A stretch of DNA of 64,000 bases from Sulfuricurvum sp. (GCA_050178755.1 JBFXFU010000014.1:661-64660), one strand, 5' to 3'. Counted from the stretch's first letter, positions 1 through 9,716 are shown. The notes: generated from the sequence alone by a model not told the origin. Numbers and translations are program-made.

Positions 1-272
1 CCCTGAAATTCCATCCAGCCCTCTTTAAACGTTCCCCCGCATGCAAGAGACTTTTTCAACATAGCCAACGATTTTTGTGCATCGTCGCCGCTAAGGGAAA
101 AAGGGCCTACCAGCGTCACGGGTTTCCCTTTGCGCTTCTCTTTCCGAAACACGAGCTGGTGCCTGGACGGATCAATCGGCACCAGTAAAATCTCTTTAGG
201 CTCGGTTTCCAGACTCCAGCCTTCTCCCCAGGAACCGGTAAAATCCAAAGAGAGTTTTTCTCCCCTACCCAT
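1..272 (-). CDS. yciH: SUI1/YciH-family translation initiation factor (3' end runs off the window)
   Basis: Not in the ORF track; translated by hand from ATG at 272: MGRGEKLSLDF...HQLVFRKEKRKGKPVTLVGPF...LAMLKKSLACGGTFKEGWMEFQG. The EKRKGKxVT and LKKxLACGGT...xQG motifs are typical of SUI1. Confidence 0.85.
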   Translation of the reverse strand, partial: MGRGEKLSLDFTGSWGEGWSLETEPKEILLVPIDPSRHQLVFRKEKRKGKPVTLVGPFSLSGDDAQKSLAMLKKSLACGGTFKEGWMEFQ

Positions 273-477
273 TGTTCAAATCCCGGCAATATTCAAATCG
301 TTTCATCCCGTTGGACAAGGTTTCTTCAAACATTGCCAGCGGCCGCACCCATAGGCCCCGTTCTCCGTATAACGCACGATAGACAACTACTTCTTCCCCC
401 GTTTCGGAGTTTTTGGCAACGCCGATAACCTCGTAATGTTTCCCCTTATAATGGCGATACAGACCGTTTTTAAGCAC
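265..477 (-). CDS. DUF1653-domain protein
   Basis: GLYRHYKGKHYEVIGVAKNSETGEEVVVYRALYGERGLWVRPLAMFEE is the DUF1653 signature. A GTG start at 477 overlaps the upstream stop codon. Confidence 0.85.
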   Translation of the reverse strand: MLKNGLYRHYKGKHYEVIGVAKNSETGEEVVVYRALYGERGLWVRPLAMFEETLSNGMKRFEYCRDLNNG

Positions 478-1306
478 GTACGACCTTTTGAACCAATACG
501 CTGACCCCTTCTTTGCCGGAAAGTTCACCTTTATTGGCCATAGAGAGGATCGGATTCATACAATACAGATTGTTGTCGTAAACCACGATAATCACCTCAT
601 CCCCTTCTTTAAGAAAATGGGTCTCTCCAAAATGGGTATAGCGGGTTGCCCCGATACTGATAATCGCATGCGTCGGATTTTCGGCCTCGCCGATGTAGTC
701 TCCGATCGCTTCAAGCGGACCGAAATCGACTTGGGAATTGATCTGCTGTTGCAACCAATTGAGTAATTTCTCATGGAAATAACTGTATCCGATCAATTCA
801 ACGTCTTCCCCATAGCGCATCAACATCCCGTCACGACGCAAAAAAGAAGCGATACGGTAACGGTCCATAACCCCTCCCTGCTCAAAGCGGTCAATCGTTA
901 TCAGCGTATCCGAGAGCCCTTTACTGGCACTTCCCCAGTTTTTCTTGACGCTGATTTTGGGTGCCCCTTCTTTACGAAGCGAACAGTCGTTATAAGCGCC
1001 AAACCATTTTGGAACAATCTTGGCGATCTTTCCGTTCTCATCGTATTCAAGGTCACAGATCAATGCGACTTCCGGTTCCGGCTGAACATTGCATTCTTCT
1101 TCCGGGAGGATGATCGTATCCGAACTGATCGGATAGACCCCGAGCGCTCCGGCCCGACCGGGAACATAGAACGGAAACATCCCTTTCGGACCGTTAGGAT
1201 CTTCGGTCAGGATATCTTTAAAATCGGCGCTCTCACCGGCCTGTTCCAGATGCAGTGCGAAGTTCCCGGCGACACCGAGCCCGACGTAATCGTTATAGTT
1301 GCCCAT
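470..1306 (-). CDS. DUF5718-like conserved protein (possible fumarylacetoacetate-hydrolase-like fold)
   Basis: Start taken at MGNYNDYVGLGVAGNFALHLEQAGE, since the track's upstream extension overlaps the ABC-F gene. Contains QPEPEVALI and GAYNDCSLR motifs. Confidence 0.65.
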   Translation of the reverse strand: MGNYNDYVGLGVAGNFALHLEQAGESADFKDILTEDPNGPKGMFPFYVPGRAGALGVYPISSDTIILPEEECNVQPEPEVALICDLEYDENGKIAKIVPKWFGAYNDCSLRKEGAPKISVKKNWGSASKGLSDTLITIDRFEQGGVMDRYRIASFLRRDGMLMRYGEDVELIGYSYFHEKLLNWLQQQINSQVDFGPLEAIGDYIGEAENPTHAIISIGATRYTHFGETHFLKEGDEVIIVVYDNNLYCMNPILSMANKGELSGKEGVSVLVQKVVRA

Positions 1307-2897
1307 TCGCTTTCGCCTCGGCAAACTCTTCATACGTACCGACAAAGTCGATGTAGCTGCCATCGGCGTGGAGCTCGATGATCCGCCCGGCAAACGCGTC
1401 GAGAAGTTCGCGGTCATGGCTGACGCAGATGACGTTTCCGTCAAACTCGTACAGTGCTTCGCCCAACGCGATGATCGCCTCGAGGTCGAGGTGGTTGGTC
1501 GGTTCGTCCAGGACAAGGAAGTTCCCGCCTTCGAGCATCATCTTGGAGAGCATCATCCGGTGTTTTTCACCCCCGGAAATTTTCTCGATGCTTTTTTCCT
1601 GTTGCTCGCCGTTGAAGAGCATCCGTCCAAGACAGTTTCGGATTTCGCTGATATCCCGTTTGGGATCAAACGCCCGAAGCCAGTCATAAAGAGTCTCCAT
1701 CCCTTTGATCCGGTCGGTCGTATCCTGCGGGAAATAGCTCGGTTCGATCGTCGCTCCCCATTTGACACTTCCCGCACTCGGCTTGAGCTCTTCCATGATG
1801 ATTTTTAACAAAGTCGATTTACCCACACCGTTGGCACCGATGACAGCGATTTTCTCACCCGGAACAATTTTAAGATCAATATTTTTAAGCACTTCCAAGT
1901 CATCGTAATTATGAGAAACGCCGATAACGTCAAGCGCTTCATCCCCCATTTGACGTTTGGCTTTAAATACGATGCTCGGGTCACGTCGGCTGGAAGGTTT
2001 GATATCGTCGATAACCAGTTTGTCCAATTGTTTCTGACGCGATGTCGCCTGCTTCGCTTTTGACGCATTGGCCGAGAAACGGCGGACAAACGCTTCAAGC
2101 TGCTCTTTCTCTTTGAGCTTTTTATCCCGTTCCAACTGTGCCTGATTCGCCATAACAGTCGCTGCAAGGTACCAGTCGTCATAATTTCCGGTAAATTCGC
2201 GGATCTTTTGGAAATCGACGTCAAGAATGTTGGTGACAACCGCATTGATAAAGTGACGGTCGTGCGAAATAACGACCATCGTCCCCTCATGGCGTTGTAA
2301 TTCGTGTTCGAGCCAGCCGATCGTATCGATATCGAGGTTGTTGGTCGGCTCATCAAGGAACAATACGTCCGGTTTCGGATAGAGAACCTGTGCCAACAGG
2401 ACTTTGAACTTGTCTGATGAAGGAAGGCTCGACATCAGATCCTGATGATTTTCAGCCGGAATTCCGACATTTTCAAGGATTTTGGCAATCTGCACGTCGT
2501 ATTCATACGTCGGATCTTCCTCGACACAAACCATTTCAAGTTCGGCAAGACGGTTATTCACCGCATCGTCTTCAAAATCACCGCTCATGTAGAGTTCTTC
2601 TTTCTCTTTGATCGCATCGTAGAGACGTTTGTTCCCGTACAAAACCGCATCGGCAATCGTAAAATCTTCGAATGCGAACTGGTTTTGTCCCAAGACACCC
2701 ACTTTTAATCCCGGTTCGATGGAGATATCCCCTTCATACTCTTTGATTTCGCCGCTAAGGATTTTCAAAAACGTTGTTTTTCCCGCTCCATTGGCCCCGA
2801 TCAGACCGTAGCGCTTATTACGGTCGAGTTTGAGATTGATCCCCTCAAACAATACGCGGCTTCCAAAACGCATCGTCAATTTTGTTACTTGTACCAT
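1293..2897 (-). CDS. ABC-F family ATP-binding protein (YbiT-like, ribosome-associated)
   Basis: Two ABC domains (GANGAGKT, LDEPTNNLD; GANGVGKS, SGGEKHR, LDEPTNHLD) and no transmembrane segments. Confidence 0.92.
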   Translation of the reverse strand: MVQVTKLTMRFGSRVLFEGINLKLDRNKRYGLIGANGAGKTTFLKILSGEIKEYEGDISIEPGLKVGVLGQNQFAFEDFTIADAVLYGNKRLYDAIKEKEELYMSGDFEDDAVNNRLAELEMVCVEEDPTYEYDVQIAKILENVGIPAENHQDLMSSLPSSDKFKVLLAQVLYPKPDVLFLDEPTNNLDIDTIGWLEHELQRHEGTMVVISHDRHFINAVVTNILDVDFQKIREFTGNYDDWYLAATVMANQAQLERDKKLKEKEQLEAFVRRFSANASKAKQATSRQKQLDKLVIDDIKPSSRRDPSIVFKAKRQMGDEALDVIGVSHNYDDLEVLKNIDLKIVPGEKIAVIGANGVGKSTLLKIIMEELKPSAGSVKWGATIEPSYFPQDTTDRIKGMETLYDWLRAFDPKRDISEIRNCLGRMLFNGEQQEKSIEKISGGEKHRMMLSKMMLEGGNFLVLDEPTNHLDLEAIIALGEALYEFDGNVICVSHDRELLDAFAGRIIELHADGSYIDFVGTYEEFAEAKANGQL

Positions 2898-2964
2898 TGT
2901 CTGCCTGTCTTTCAATTATTTATTATCCGCGATTATACCCAAATTTGAACAATACCAAAAAGCA

Positions 2965-3101
2965 TTTCTAGGTACGCCTGGGACATTGACGGCATCCCAT
3001 ACCCCTGGTTCTCAGGCTTAAATATCTATGTTCCAGACATAAGTCATCCCCCCGAACCAAAAGGGATAGCTTAATCCGGAAAAGTCCATTTTTACGGATA
3101 A
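2965..3101. ncRNA. Structured intergenic element, ncRNA candidate (possibly the Campylobacterota 6S/'purD motif' RNA)
   Basis: GC-richer island within an AT-rich intergenic region, with several hairpins: ggga..tccc, cctg-gttct-cagg, tatgt-tccag-acata, atccc..gggat. Family assignment not verified. Confidence 0.35.
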
Positions 3102-3250
3102 AACGTGCAATATCGAAACGAATTGTCTGGTATTGGCAGACTAATAACATTTTCACAATATTTTTTAACATTGCCGTAAGAATCTAAGCGATAAAATGAA
3201 CCCAAGAATTATCAGCATCAGTATAGTTCGATTTTTTCACGGAGCACAAT

Positions 3251-3523
3251 GTGACACAGATTTATGTCGGGAATATTCCCTACGGCAAAAAAGAAGACGA
3301 TCTTGCGGATCTCTTCGGACAATACGGACAGGTTAGTTCAGTTAAATTCGTAAATGACAAAGAAACAGGTCGTTTCCGAGGGTTTGGATTTGTAGAAATG
3401 GCGAACAAAGATGAAGCCGCTAAAGCGATCACTGCCCTCGAAGGCAACGAATTCGGAGGACGTACTCTTCGCGTCAACGAAGCCCGTCCACGCGCTCCAC
3501 GCCCACCACGCGAACGCTGGTAA
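3251..3523 (+). CDS. RRM-domain RNA-binding protein
   Basis: RNP2 IYVGNI, RNP1 RGFGFVEM, C-terminal RTLRVNEARPR. Confidence 0.95.
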   Translation: MTQIYVGNIPYGKKEDDLADLFGQYGQVSSVKFVNDKETGRFRGFGFVEMANKDEAAKAITALEGNEFGGRTLRVNEARPRAPRPPRERW

Positions 3524-3532
3524 TTTCTAATT

Positions 3533-3556
3533 CGGAAGCTTATTTCTAAGCTTCCG
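3533..3556 (+). terminator. Hairpin downstream of the RRM gene
   Basis: Perfect 10-bp stem cggaagctta-tttc-taagcttccg; weak U-tract. Confidence 0.55.
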
Positions 3557-3608
3557 CCTCTACGTAGTCAATCTTAATCCCTAAGCATTTCACATCGAAA
3601 GAATCGAC

Positions 3609-3812
3609 ATGACCTATCAACTTGATGAAGACTACATCGAACTATTTAAGTTACTCAAAATCCTCGATCTGGTCGATACGGGCGGACAGGCAAAATTGCT
3701 GATAGCTAACGGACACGTCTACCGCAACGGAGAAGTAGAACTTCGTAAACGGGCCAAAATCGTCAAAAATGACCTTCTGACCATCGGAGACGTCGTCATC
3801 AGAATTGTCTGA
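3609..3812 (+). CDS. S4-domain RNA-binding protein (YbcJ/YaaA-like)
   Basis: YIELFKLLK...TGGQAKLLIANGHVYRNGEVELRKRAKI. Confidence 0.9.
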   Translation: MTYQLDEDYIELFKLLKILDLVDTGGQAKLLIANGHVYRNGEVELRKRAKIVKNDLLTIGDVVIRIV

Positions 3813-3860
3813 TTTTCCATTGTTATTTAATGGAGTTTTGACTATAATCCGCATATTTAA

Positions 3861-3983
3861 ATGAATCCCTATGCGGCTTGTCCTGACGAAGAACCGAATA
3901 GCCACCGCGAAGGAAGTTCTCCCAAGTACCAACAAGGGTTGTGTTTCGACGTATTAAAAGCGACACGCCCCATATTTACGTAA
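3861..3983 (+). other. Putative 40-aa upstream ORF in the ctpA-pur operon leader
   Basis: ATG lies 13 nt after TATAAT (3843-3848); the stop ends 2 nt before the ctpA ATG at 3986. No homology evidence. Confidence 0.25.
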
Positions 3984-3985
3984 AG

Positions 3986-5323
3986 ATGTCAACCAAAATG
4001 AAAAACAGAAAAATGATGCTTTTCGGCTTTATCAGTGCGGTTTCGGTAAGCGTTGCCCTATCTACGTCGTTACTGGCCAAAAGCGAAGTTTCTCAAACAC
4101 AAGCCAGCCCTTCGACAGAAGAATCCCGTCTTCAGTCTCTTGCCAAATTCACCAAAGTTCTCAGTATTGTCGAACAGTACAACGTTGACAATCTGACCAT
4201 AGACCAGCTGATCGATAAAGCATTGCAGGGGCTCCTCTCTAATCTTGACGCCCATTCGACCTATCTGGATAAAAAAAGCTATGACAACCTCAAAACCCAG
4301 ACCGACGGAGAATTCGGAGGATTGGGGATCACGGTCGGAATGCGGGACAATGCCCTTACCGTCATCTCTCCGATCGAAGGGACACCTGCCGATAAAGCCG
4401 GTATGAAAGCCGGGGATATTATCCTAAAAATCAACGAACAATCGACCTTGAGCATGACGATAGACGATGCGGTAGGCCTGATGCGCGGCGCCCCAAAAAC
4501 CCCGATCGATCTTACCGTCGTCCGAAAAGGGGCAGCCGATCCGCTGAAGTTTCATATCATTCGCGACATCATCACCGTACAATCCGTTTACACCCGTACG
4601 ATTGATGGCAATATCGTCTATATCCGCGTTACCAATTTCGATAAAAAAGTGGCTGCTGACGTTAAAGCCGCCATCAAAAAACACGCTTCCAAATCAAAAG
4701 GGATCATCCTTGATTTGCGTAACAACCCGGGCGGATTGCTCGATCAGGCGGTAGAACTCACCGATCTTTTCGTCAATGAAGGGGTGATCGTCTCCCAAAA
4801 AGGTCGTAATAAAGAAGATGATGTCTCCTACAGCGCGACCAAAAGTGCAACCATCACCGATCTTCCTCTGGTCGTTTTGGTAAACGAAGGATCGGCCAGT
4901 GCGTCGGAAATCGTCAGCGGTGCCCTTCAAGACCTTAAACGGGGCGTGATCGTCGGAGAACGGACGTTCGGTAAAGGTTCGGTTCAAGTCGTCATGCCGA
5001 TCAACGATACCGAAGCGATCAAGCTGACCGTTGCCCGCTATTATTTGCCAAGCGGCCGTACGATTCAGGCGGTGGGAGTTTCTCCGGACATCGAAGTGGC
5101 TTCCGGCGAGATCAAAAATAACGACAAACAGTTCAATATCAAAGAAGCCGATCTTAAAAAGCATCTGGAAAGCGAACTGGACAAAACCGAAGGGATGGTC
5201 GACGTAACCGAGACCAATACCACCAACAAAACGACGATCACTACCGAACAGCTCAATAAGGACATTCAACTTAAAGAAGGTGTCGACATCATCAAAGCCC
5301 TAATCATAGTCAAAGGAAAGTAA
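3986..5323 (+). CDS. ctpA: Carboxyl-terminal processing protease (S41 family)
   Basis: Signal/anchor, PDZ domain (GGLGI), [25 protein letters not shown]. Start is 3986 or 3998. Confidence 0.93.
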   Translation: MSTKMKNRKMMLFGFISAVSVSVALSTSLLAKSEVSQTQASPSTEESRLQSLAKFTKVLSIVEQYNVDNLTIDQLIDKALQGLLSNLDAHSTYLDKKSYDNLKTQTDGEFGGLGITVGMRDNALTVISPIEGTPADKAGMKAGDIILKINEQSTLSMTIDDAVGLMRGAPKTPIDLTVVRKGAADPLKFHIIRDIITVQSVYTRTIDGNIVYIRVTNFDKKVAADVKAAIKKHASKSKGIILDLRNNPGGLLDQAVELTDLFVNEGVIVSQKGRNKEDDVSYSATKSATITDLPLVVLVNEGSASASEIVSGALQDLKRGVIVGERTFGKGSVQVVMPINDTEAIKLTVARYYLPSGRTIQAVGVSPDIEVASGEIKNNDKQFNIKEADLKKHLESELDKTEGMVDVTETNTTNKTTITTEQLNKDIQLKEGVDIIKALIIVKGK

Positions 5324-5325
5324 TT

Positions 5326-6036
5326 ATGGAAAAACGCGAATTAATGTACGAAGGAAAAGCCAAACGTCTTTTCACAACCGACGATCCCAATTTGGTCATT
5401 GCCGAATTCAAAGATGATCTGACTGCTTTCAACGGTGCAAAAAAAGCCAGTGAAGACGGTAAAGGGGCATTGAATAACAAGATTTCGACCGAACTGTTCA
5501 AAATGTTGGCAAAAAACGGCGTCGAATCCCATTTTGTCGAGATGCTCGACGATAATCATATGCTTTGCAAAAAAGTAGACATTATTCTGATCGAAGTAAT
5601 CGTACGTAATATCGCAACCGGAAGCCTGAGCAAAAACCTTGGTATCGAAGATGGAAAAGTACTTCCGTTTACCCTGGTCGAATTCGATTACAAAAACGAT
5701 GCACTGGGTGACCCGAAACTCAATGACCAACACTGTCTGATTCTCGAACTGGTCCGCAACGAAGCCGAACTTGATCAGTTACGCGCAATGGCTCGTCAGG
5801 TCAACGACATTCTTCGTCCTTATTTCGCCGAGAAAGGGCTTAACCTTGTCGATTTCAAACTCGAATTCGGCCGCGATCAAGAGGGCAAAATCATTCTTGC
5901 GGACGAAATCAGCCCCGACAACTGCCGTTTCTGGGACCTTGCAACCGGTGAGAAAATGGATAAGGACCGTTTCCGTCAAGGATTGGGAGGGCTAAAAGTA
6001 GCCTACGAAGAAGTACTTAACCGTATTCTCGGTTAA
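5326..6036 (+). CDS. purC: SAICAR synthetase
   Basis: [45 protein letters not shown]. Confidence 0.97.
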   Translation: MEKRELMYEGKAKRLFTTDDPNLVIAEFKDDLTAFNGAKKASEDGKGALNNKISTELFKMLAKNGVESHFVEMLDDNHMLCKKVDIILIEVIVRNIATGSLSKNLGIEDGKVLPFTLVEFDYKNDALGDPKLNDQHCLILELVRNEAELDQLRAMARQVNDILRPYFAEKGLNLVDFKLEFGRDQEGKIILADEISPDNCRFWDLATGEKMDKDRFRQGLGGLKVAYEEVLNRILG

Positions 6037-6055
6037 CATCAACAAAGGAACAGAG

Positions 6056-6298
6056 ATGAAAGCTATCGTAAACGTATTTCTAAAAAACGGAGTCCTGGAC
6101 TCTCAAGGTAAAGCAGTTCAACATGCGTTGACACACCACGGATTCGAAAGCGTCAATGACGTACGCGTAGGGAAACAAATCATCGTTGACATGAATGAAA
6201 GCGATGCGGATACAGCCAAAGCCAAAGTTGCACAGATGTGCGAAGATCTTCTGGCCAATACCGTCATTGAAGACTATACGATCGAGATTGAAGCATGA
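6056..6298 (+). CDS. purS: Phosphoribosylformylglycinamidine synthase subunit PurS
   Basis: LKNGVLDSQG...VRVGK...LLANTVIEDY; located between purC and purQ. Confidence 0.95.
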   Translation: MKAIVNVFLKNGVLDSQGKAVQHALTHHGFESVNDVRVGKQIIVDMNESDADTAKAKVAQMCEDLLANTVIEDYTIEIEA

Positions 6299-6969
6299 AA
6301 GTAGGAATCATCCAGTTTCCGGGAACCAACTGCGAATACGATACCCAATATGCGTTTTCAATGCTTGGGTGTGAAACCCAGATTCTCTGGCATAAAGAGA
6401 GTACGATTCCCGACGGGACCGACCTGGTCGTCGTAGCCGGAGGATTCAGCTATGGAGACTATCTTCGCAGCGGAGCCATTGCCAAAATGTCTCCGATCGT
6501 CAAAGCGCTCAAAAGCTACGCCGAAGCGGGCGGAAAAGTTATCGGAATCTGTAACGGATTTCAGGTTCTAACCGAAACCGGCCTTCTCCCCGGTGCACTC
6601 AAACGCAATGAAGGGCTCCATTTCATTTCACGCCATCACCATTTAAAAGTCGTCGACAACAACAACACCTTTCTTCGCCAATGCACTATCGGGGATGTCG
6701 TCAACATTCCGATTGCTCACCATGACGGAAACTACTACATCGATGCAGATGGGTTGAAAGATCTCTATGAGAACGACCAGGTATTATTGCAATACACGGA
6801 TGCCAATGGAAACCTCGACAATCCAAACGGTTCGGTCGATTCGATAGCGGGAATCTGCAACAAAGCCAAAAACGTTTTCGGTCTGATGCCTCACCCCGAA
6901 CGTGCTATGGATTCACTGCTCGGTTCGGATGATGGGCGTCGCATGCTCGAAGGGTTCTTACACGCTTGA
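6295..6969 (+). CDS. purQ: FGAM synthase glutaminase subunit
   Basis: FPGTNC, GGFSYGDYLRSGA, GICNGFQ, GLMPHPER. Confidence 0.97.
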   Translation: MKVGIIQFPGTNCEYDTQYAFSMLGCETQILWHKESTIPDGTDLVVVAGGFSYGDYLRSGAIAKMSPIVKALKSYAEAGGKVIGICNGFQVLTETGLLPGALKRNEGLHFISRHHHLKVVDNNNTFLRQCTIGDVVNIPIAHHDGNYYIDADGLKDLYENDQVLLQYTDANGNLDNPNGSVDSIAGICNKAKNVFGLMPHPERAMDSLLGSDDGRRMLEGFLHA

Positions 6970-8126
6970 AAAAACTGATCTTCATTTTCTTCATCGTACT
7001 CAATATTCTTCATGCCGAACCTTCGGTACTTACCGATGAAGCCACCAGCGGAGACGTTGCGGCGGAGTCGACCGATACCCAAGCCGCAAAATCGTCTAAC
7101 GGATCCGACATCAACACTCTCTTTTCCAATGTCGATACGGCGTTGGACATCTCTTTTGTCAATCCTCCAAGTCGTGCGTATATGGGCGAAATTATCGCGT
7201 TAAGCGTTAAATTGACCCCTGTCGATCTTGCGTCGGGCAACATTGAATATACTTTGCAAAACGAAGAAGGGCTGCGGATATTCAGTGATACGCCGCGCCG
7301 CAGTGTCAAATCGGATGGCGTATACGATACGTTTTATTTTCTCGTTCAGGCACCGACGGTTCGCCTTCCCGATATCACCGCGACACTCACCTCGACGGGA
7401 GCCGTCTCGAAAACCCTTAACGGCACCTCGGTTGCCGTGTCGTCTTTAAACCCGCCACCGACGTATGCCAACGTCCTTGCCGACAGTTTTGAAATCATCA
7501 ACTACAAAACGACCCCTTATGACGGAGAGAATAACGTTGTCATTTTTACCGCCAAGGCGTCTCGTTGTAACATCGCCGATTTTTCCATCAACAATGCCGT
7601 CAAACAAGGGTTCGAAAGCAAGTTGGCCAACGTCAACCAGTCCCAAATCACCTATTACGTCATTATCCCGAAATCGGAACAAAGCCTCAACTTCTCCTAT
7701 TTCAATTTGAAAAAGCAGCGTTTCGAATCGTTGATGGTCCCTATCGTCGTCGATGATGACACGGTTTCCACCCAGAGTGATCTTACACCGACGGATGACC
7801 GCCATACCGATCTCAAAGCTTCTGCCGCGGGAATCGCTATTCTTCTCTTAAGTGCAATGTTTTATTGGCGAAAACAAAAATGGTATCTCTATCTGACGGC
7901 ACTTCCGGTTTTCTACCTGATCGTCATTTTTATGCCGAATGAAAAAGTATGCGTCAAAAAAGATGCCCCAATCTATCTGCTTCCGATCAATCACGGTACC
8001 ATCTTTGAGATGACCACGGAAGAAGAGAGCCTTGAAAGCGAAAAACAGGTAGGCGATTTTTTCAAAGTCCATTTGAAACAAGACCGTGTAGGTTGGGTAA
8101 ACAAACGTGATCTTTGCTCGAATTAA
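6966..8126 (+). CDS. Conserved exported/membrane protein with C-terminal SH3-like domain
   Basis: Signal peptide, beta-rich body, two TM segments near the C-terminus, final GWV motif. Occupies the same position after purQ as in C. jejuni. Confidence 0.7.
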   Translation: MKKLIFIFFIVLNILHAEPSVLTDEATSGDVAAESTDTQAAKSSNGSDINTLFSNVDTALDISFVNPPSRAYMGEIIALSVKLTPVDLASGNIEYTLQNEEGLRIFSDTPRRSVKSDGVYDTFYFLVQAPTVRLPDITATLTSTGAVSKTLNGTSVAVSSLNPPPTYANVLADSFEIINYKTTPYDGENNVVIFTAKASRCNIADFSINNAVKQGFESKLANVNQSQITYYVIIPKSEQSLNFSYFNLKKQRFESLMVPIVVDDDTVSTQSDLTPTDDRHTDLKASAAGIAILLLSAMFYWRKQKWYLYLTALPVFYLIVIFMPNEKVCVKKDAPIYLLPINHGTIFEMTTEEESLESEKQVGDFFKVHLKQDRVGWVNKRDLCSN

Positions 8127-8802
8127 ATGGCTTTACGCCGTTCTCGTGATTTTCACGGGAATGACGTTGATGATTGCCATCTTCTATCTCTTTCCCAAAC
8201 CGTATCCGCAAAAAATCGCGGCATGGTTCATTCGCCTCTTAGTCTGGTTGCCGGTACGTACCGTCGGAAAACCCGATCCGGATGCTCAAATGTTCCTAAT
8301 CAACCATCAAAGCGATATCGACATCGGAATCATGGAAACGGTCACCTCCCATGATCTCGCCTGGGTAGCCAAAAAGGAGCTGTTTAACGTCCCTTTTTTC
8401 GGTCTTGTCGTCCGATTGCCCAAAGACATACCCCTTGAACGTGAAAGCAAGACGGCGCTCGTCAAACTGATCAAAGAGTGCAAAAACCGCCTCGATCACG
8501 GCCGTGTGATTACCATTTTTCCAGAGGGGACCCGGACCGAAACGGGTAAAATGAAGCCCTTTAAACAGGGGGCAAAAATTGTTGCGGACAAATACAATCT
8601 AAAAGTCCAACCGGTCGTCCTCATCGCTACCGCATGGCATTTTAGCAACAAGCGCAAAGATTTCCGCCCCGGAACCGTGACTGCGGTATTTATGGAACCG
8701 TTTATCGCCGACAAAAGCGATCCCGAATGGCTCCACAATCTCCATACAAAAATGCAGCACGTCTATGACAATGAGTTATCAAACCATCCTCGCTATCGGT
8801 AG
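8107..8802 (+). CDS. plsC: 1-acyl-sn-glycerol-3-phosphate acyltransferase
   Basis: NHQSDID (HX4D) and IFPEGTR motifs. Confidence 0.92.
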   Translation: MIFARIKWLYAVLVIFTGMTLMIAIFYLFPKPYPQKIAAWFIRLLVWLPVRTVGKPDPDAQMFLINHQSDIDIGIMETVTSHDLAWVAKKELFNVPFFGLVVRLPKDIPLERESKTALVKLIKECKNRLDHGRVITIFPEGTRTETGKMKPFKQGAKIVADKYNLKVQPVVLIATAWHFSNKRKDFRPGTVTAVFMEPFIADKSDPEWLHNLHTKMQHVYDNELSNHPRYR

Positions 8803-9157
8803 CGGAGGTTTTCTGGGCGCAATCGCCCGCTCCTGGATCAACGGACAAATCAACCATCACCTTCCCCATACGCTACCCTTCGGCACCCTTGGGGTCAATC
8901 TTCTCGGCAGCCTCGTCATCGGTATATTGTTCGCCTATTTCAGCTTCACCCCTCAACTCAGCGTCCACGTAAAATCGTTTCTTACCACGGGGTTTTTAGG
9001 CGCTTTGACAACCTACTCTACTTTTGCGATGGAAACGGTCTTCTTACTCGGCGGAGGCCAATTTCTCCTTGGAATGGCGAATATGGCGCTCAACCTTTTC
9101 GGCAGTGTTTTGATGGCATCGACGGGTTATTACGCCGTCAAACATTTCCTATCGTAA
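8771..9157 (+). CDS. crcB: Fluoride efflux channel Fluc/CrcB
   Basis: GGFLGAIAR, GTLGVNLLG, GFLGALTTYSTF. Confidence 0.95.
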   Translation: MSYQTILAIGSGGFLGAIARSWINGQINHHLPHTLPFGTLGVNLLGSLVIGILFAYFSFTPQLSVHVKSFLTTGFLGALTTYSTFAMETVFLLGGGQFLLGMANMALNLFGSVLMASTGYYAVKHFLS

Positions 9158-9716
9158 TCGTCTGATCGCTACACCACTGTGCCAATCCGGCGTCGTGCGT
9201 TATCAGTAAAATCCCCATATCCTCAAGCTGTTCGACCATGAGTTTCATAATGTCCAGCTGATTAAGATTATCAAGTGCCGAAGTAGGTTCATCCAGTAAC
9301 AGCAAATCCGGTTTCATCAAAAGAGCCCGTAAAATCGAGCACCGCTGCAACTGTCCACCCGAAAGCTGATGGGGCAGGCGGTCCAGGTACGATTCTTCCA
9401 TCCCCATTCTCATCAACAACGGTTCATACCCCTTTAATTCCGCGACATCCGATATCTGATTGCGTATCGTGTACGAGGGGTGAAACGAGCTGTAGGGGTC
9501 TTGAAACACCTGTGAGAGAGATTCAACCCGGATGGTTCCGGAATGGGGTTTTAGCTCTCCGAGAATCAATGAAAACAGGGTCGATTTGCCCGCCCCGCTG
9601 GGACCGACAATCGATTTCAGTTCCCCTTTTTTCAATGATAGAGAAAAGTTTTGCAGCAACAACGTATCTTTTTTATATCCGAAAGATATATTTTCGATAT
9701 CCAATACCGTATTCAA
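9138..9716 (-). CDS. ABC transporter ATP-binding protein (short, peptide/nickel-type)
   Basis: GPSGAGKS, FQDPYSSF, LSGGQLQR, LDEPTSALD. Confidence 0.88.
   Translation of the reverse strand: MNTVLDIENISFGYKKDTLLLQNFSLSLKKGELKSIVGPSGAGKSTLFSLILGELKPHSGTIRVESLSQVFQDPYSSFHPSYTIRNQISDVAELKGYEPLLMRMGMEESYLDRLPHQLSGGQLQRCSILRALLMKPDLLLLDEPTSALDNLNQLDIMKLMVEQLEDMGILLITHDAGLAQWCSDQTITIGNV

Noticed and set aside
85-95. gccgctaag match to the REP-like element
   Set aside because: It lies inside the SUI1 coding sequence and lacks the other blocks; chance match.
1307-1516. N-terminal extension of the DUF5718-like ORF given in the track
   Set aside because: It lies inside the ABC-F gene in another frame and reads as Ser/Thr/Arg-rich noise; the real start is at 1306.
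2965-3101. RNase P, SRP, TPP or ZTP riboswitch identity for the structured element
   Set aside because: Only isolated fragments match (GGAAAAGTCC, GGCTTA, CGCCTGGG, CTGAGA), in the wrong order or without the other required conserved segments.
3895-3925. SRP RNA-like GAAGGAAG in the ctpA leader
   Set aside because: It lacks the CAGG...GCAGC pairing and the long hairpin of bacterial SRP RNA.
8700-8771. Fluoride riboswitch ahead of crcB
   Set aside because: crcB overlaps plsC; there is no intergenic space for it and no motif was seen.
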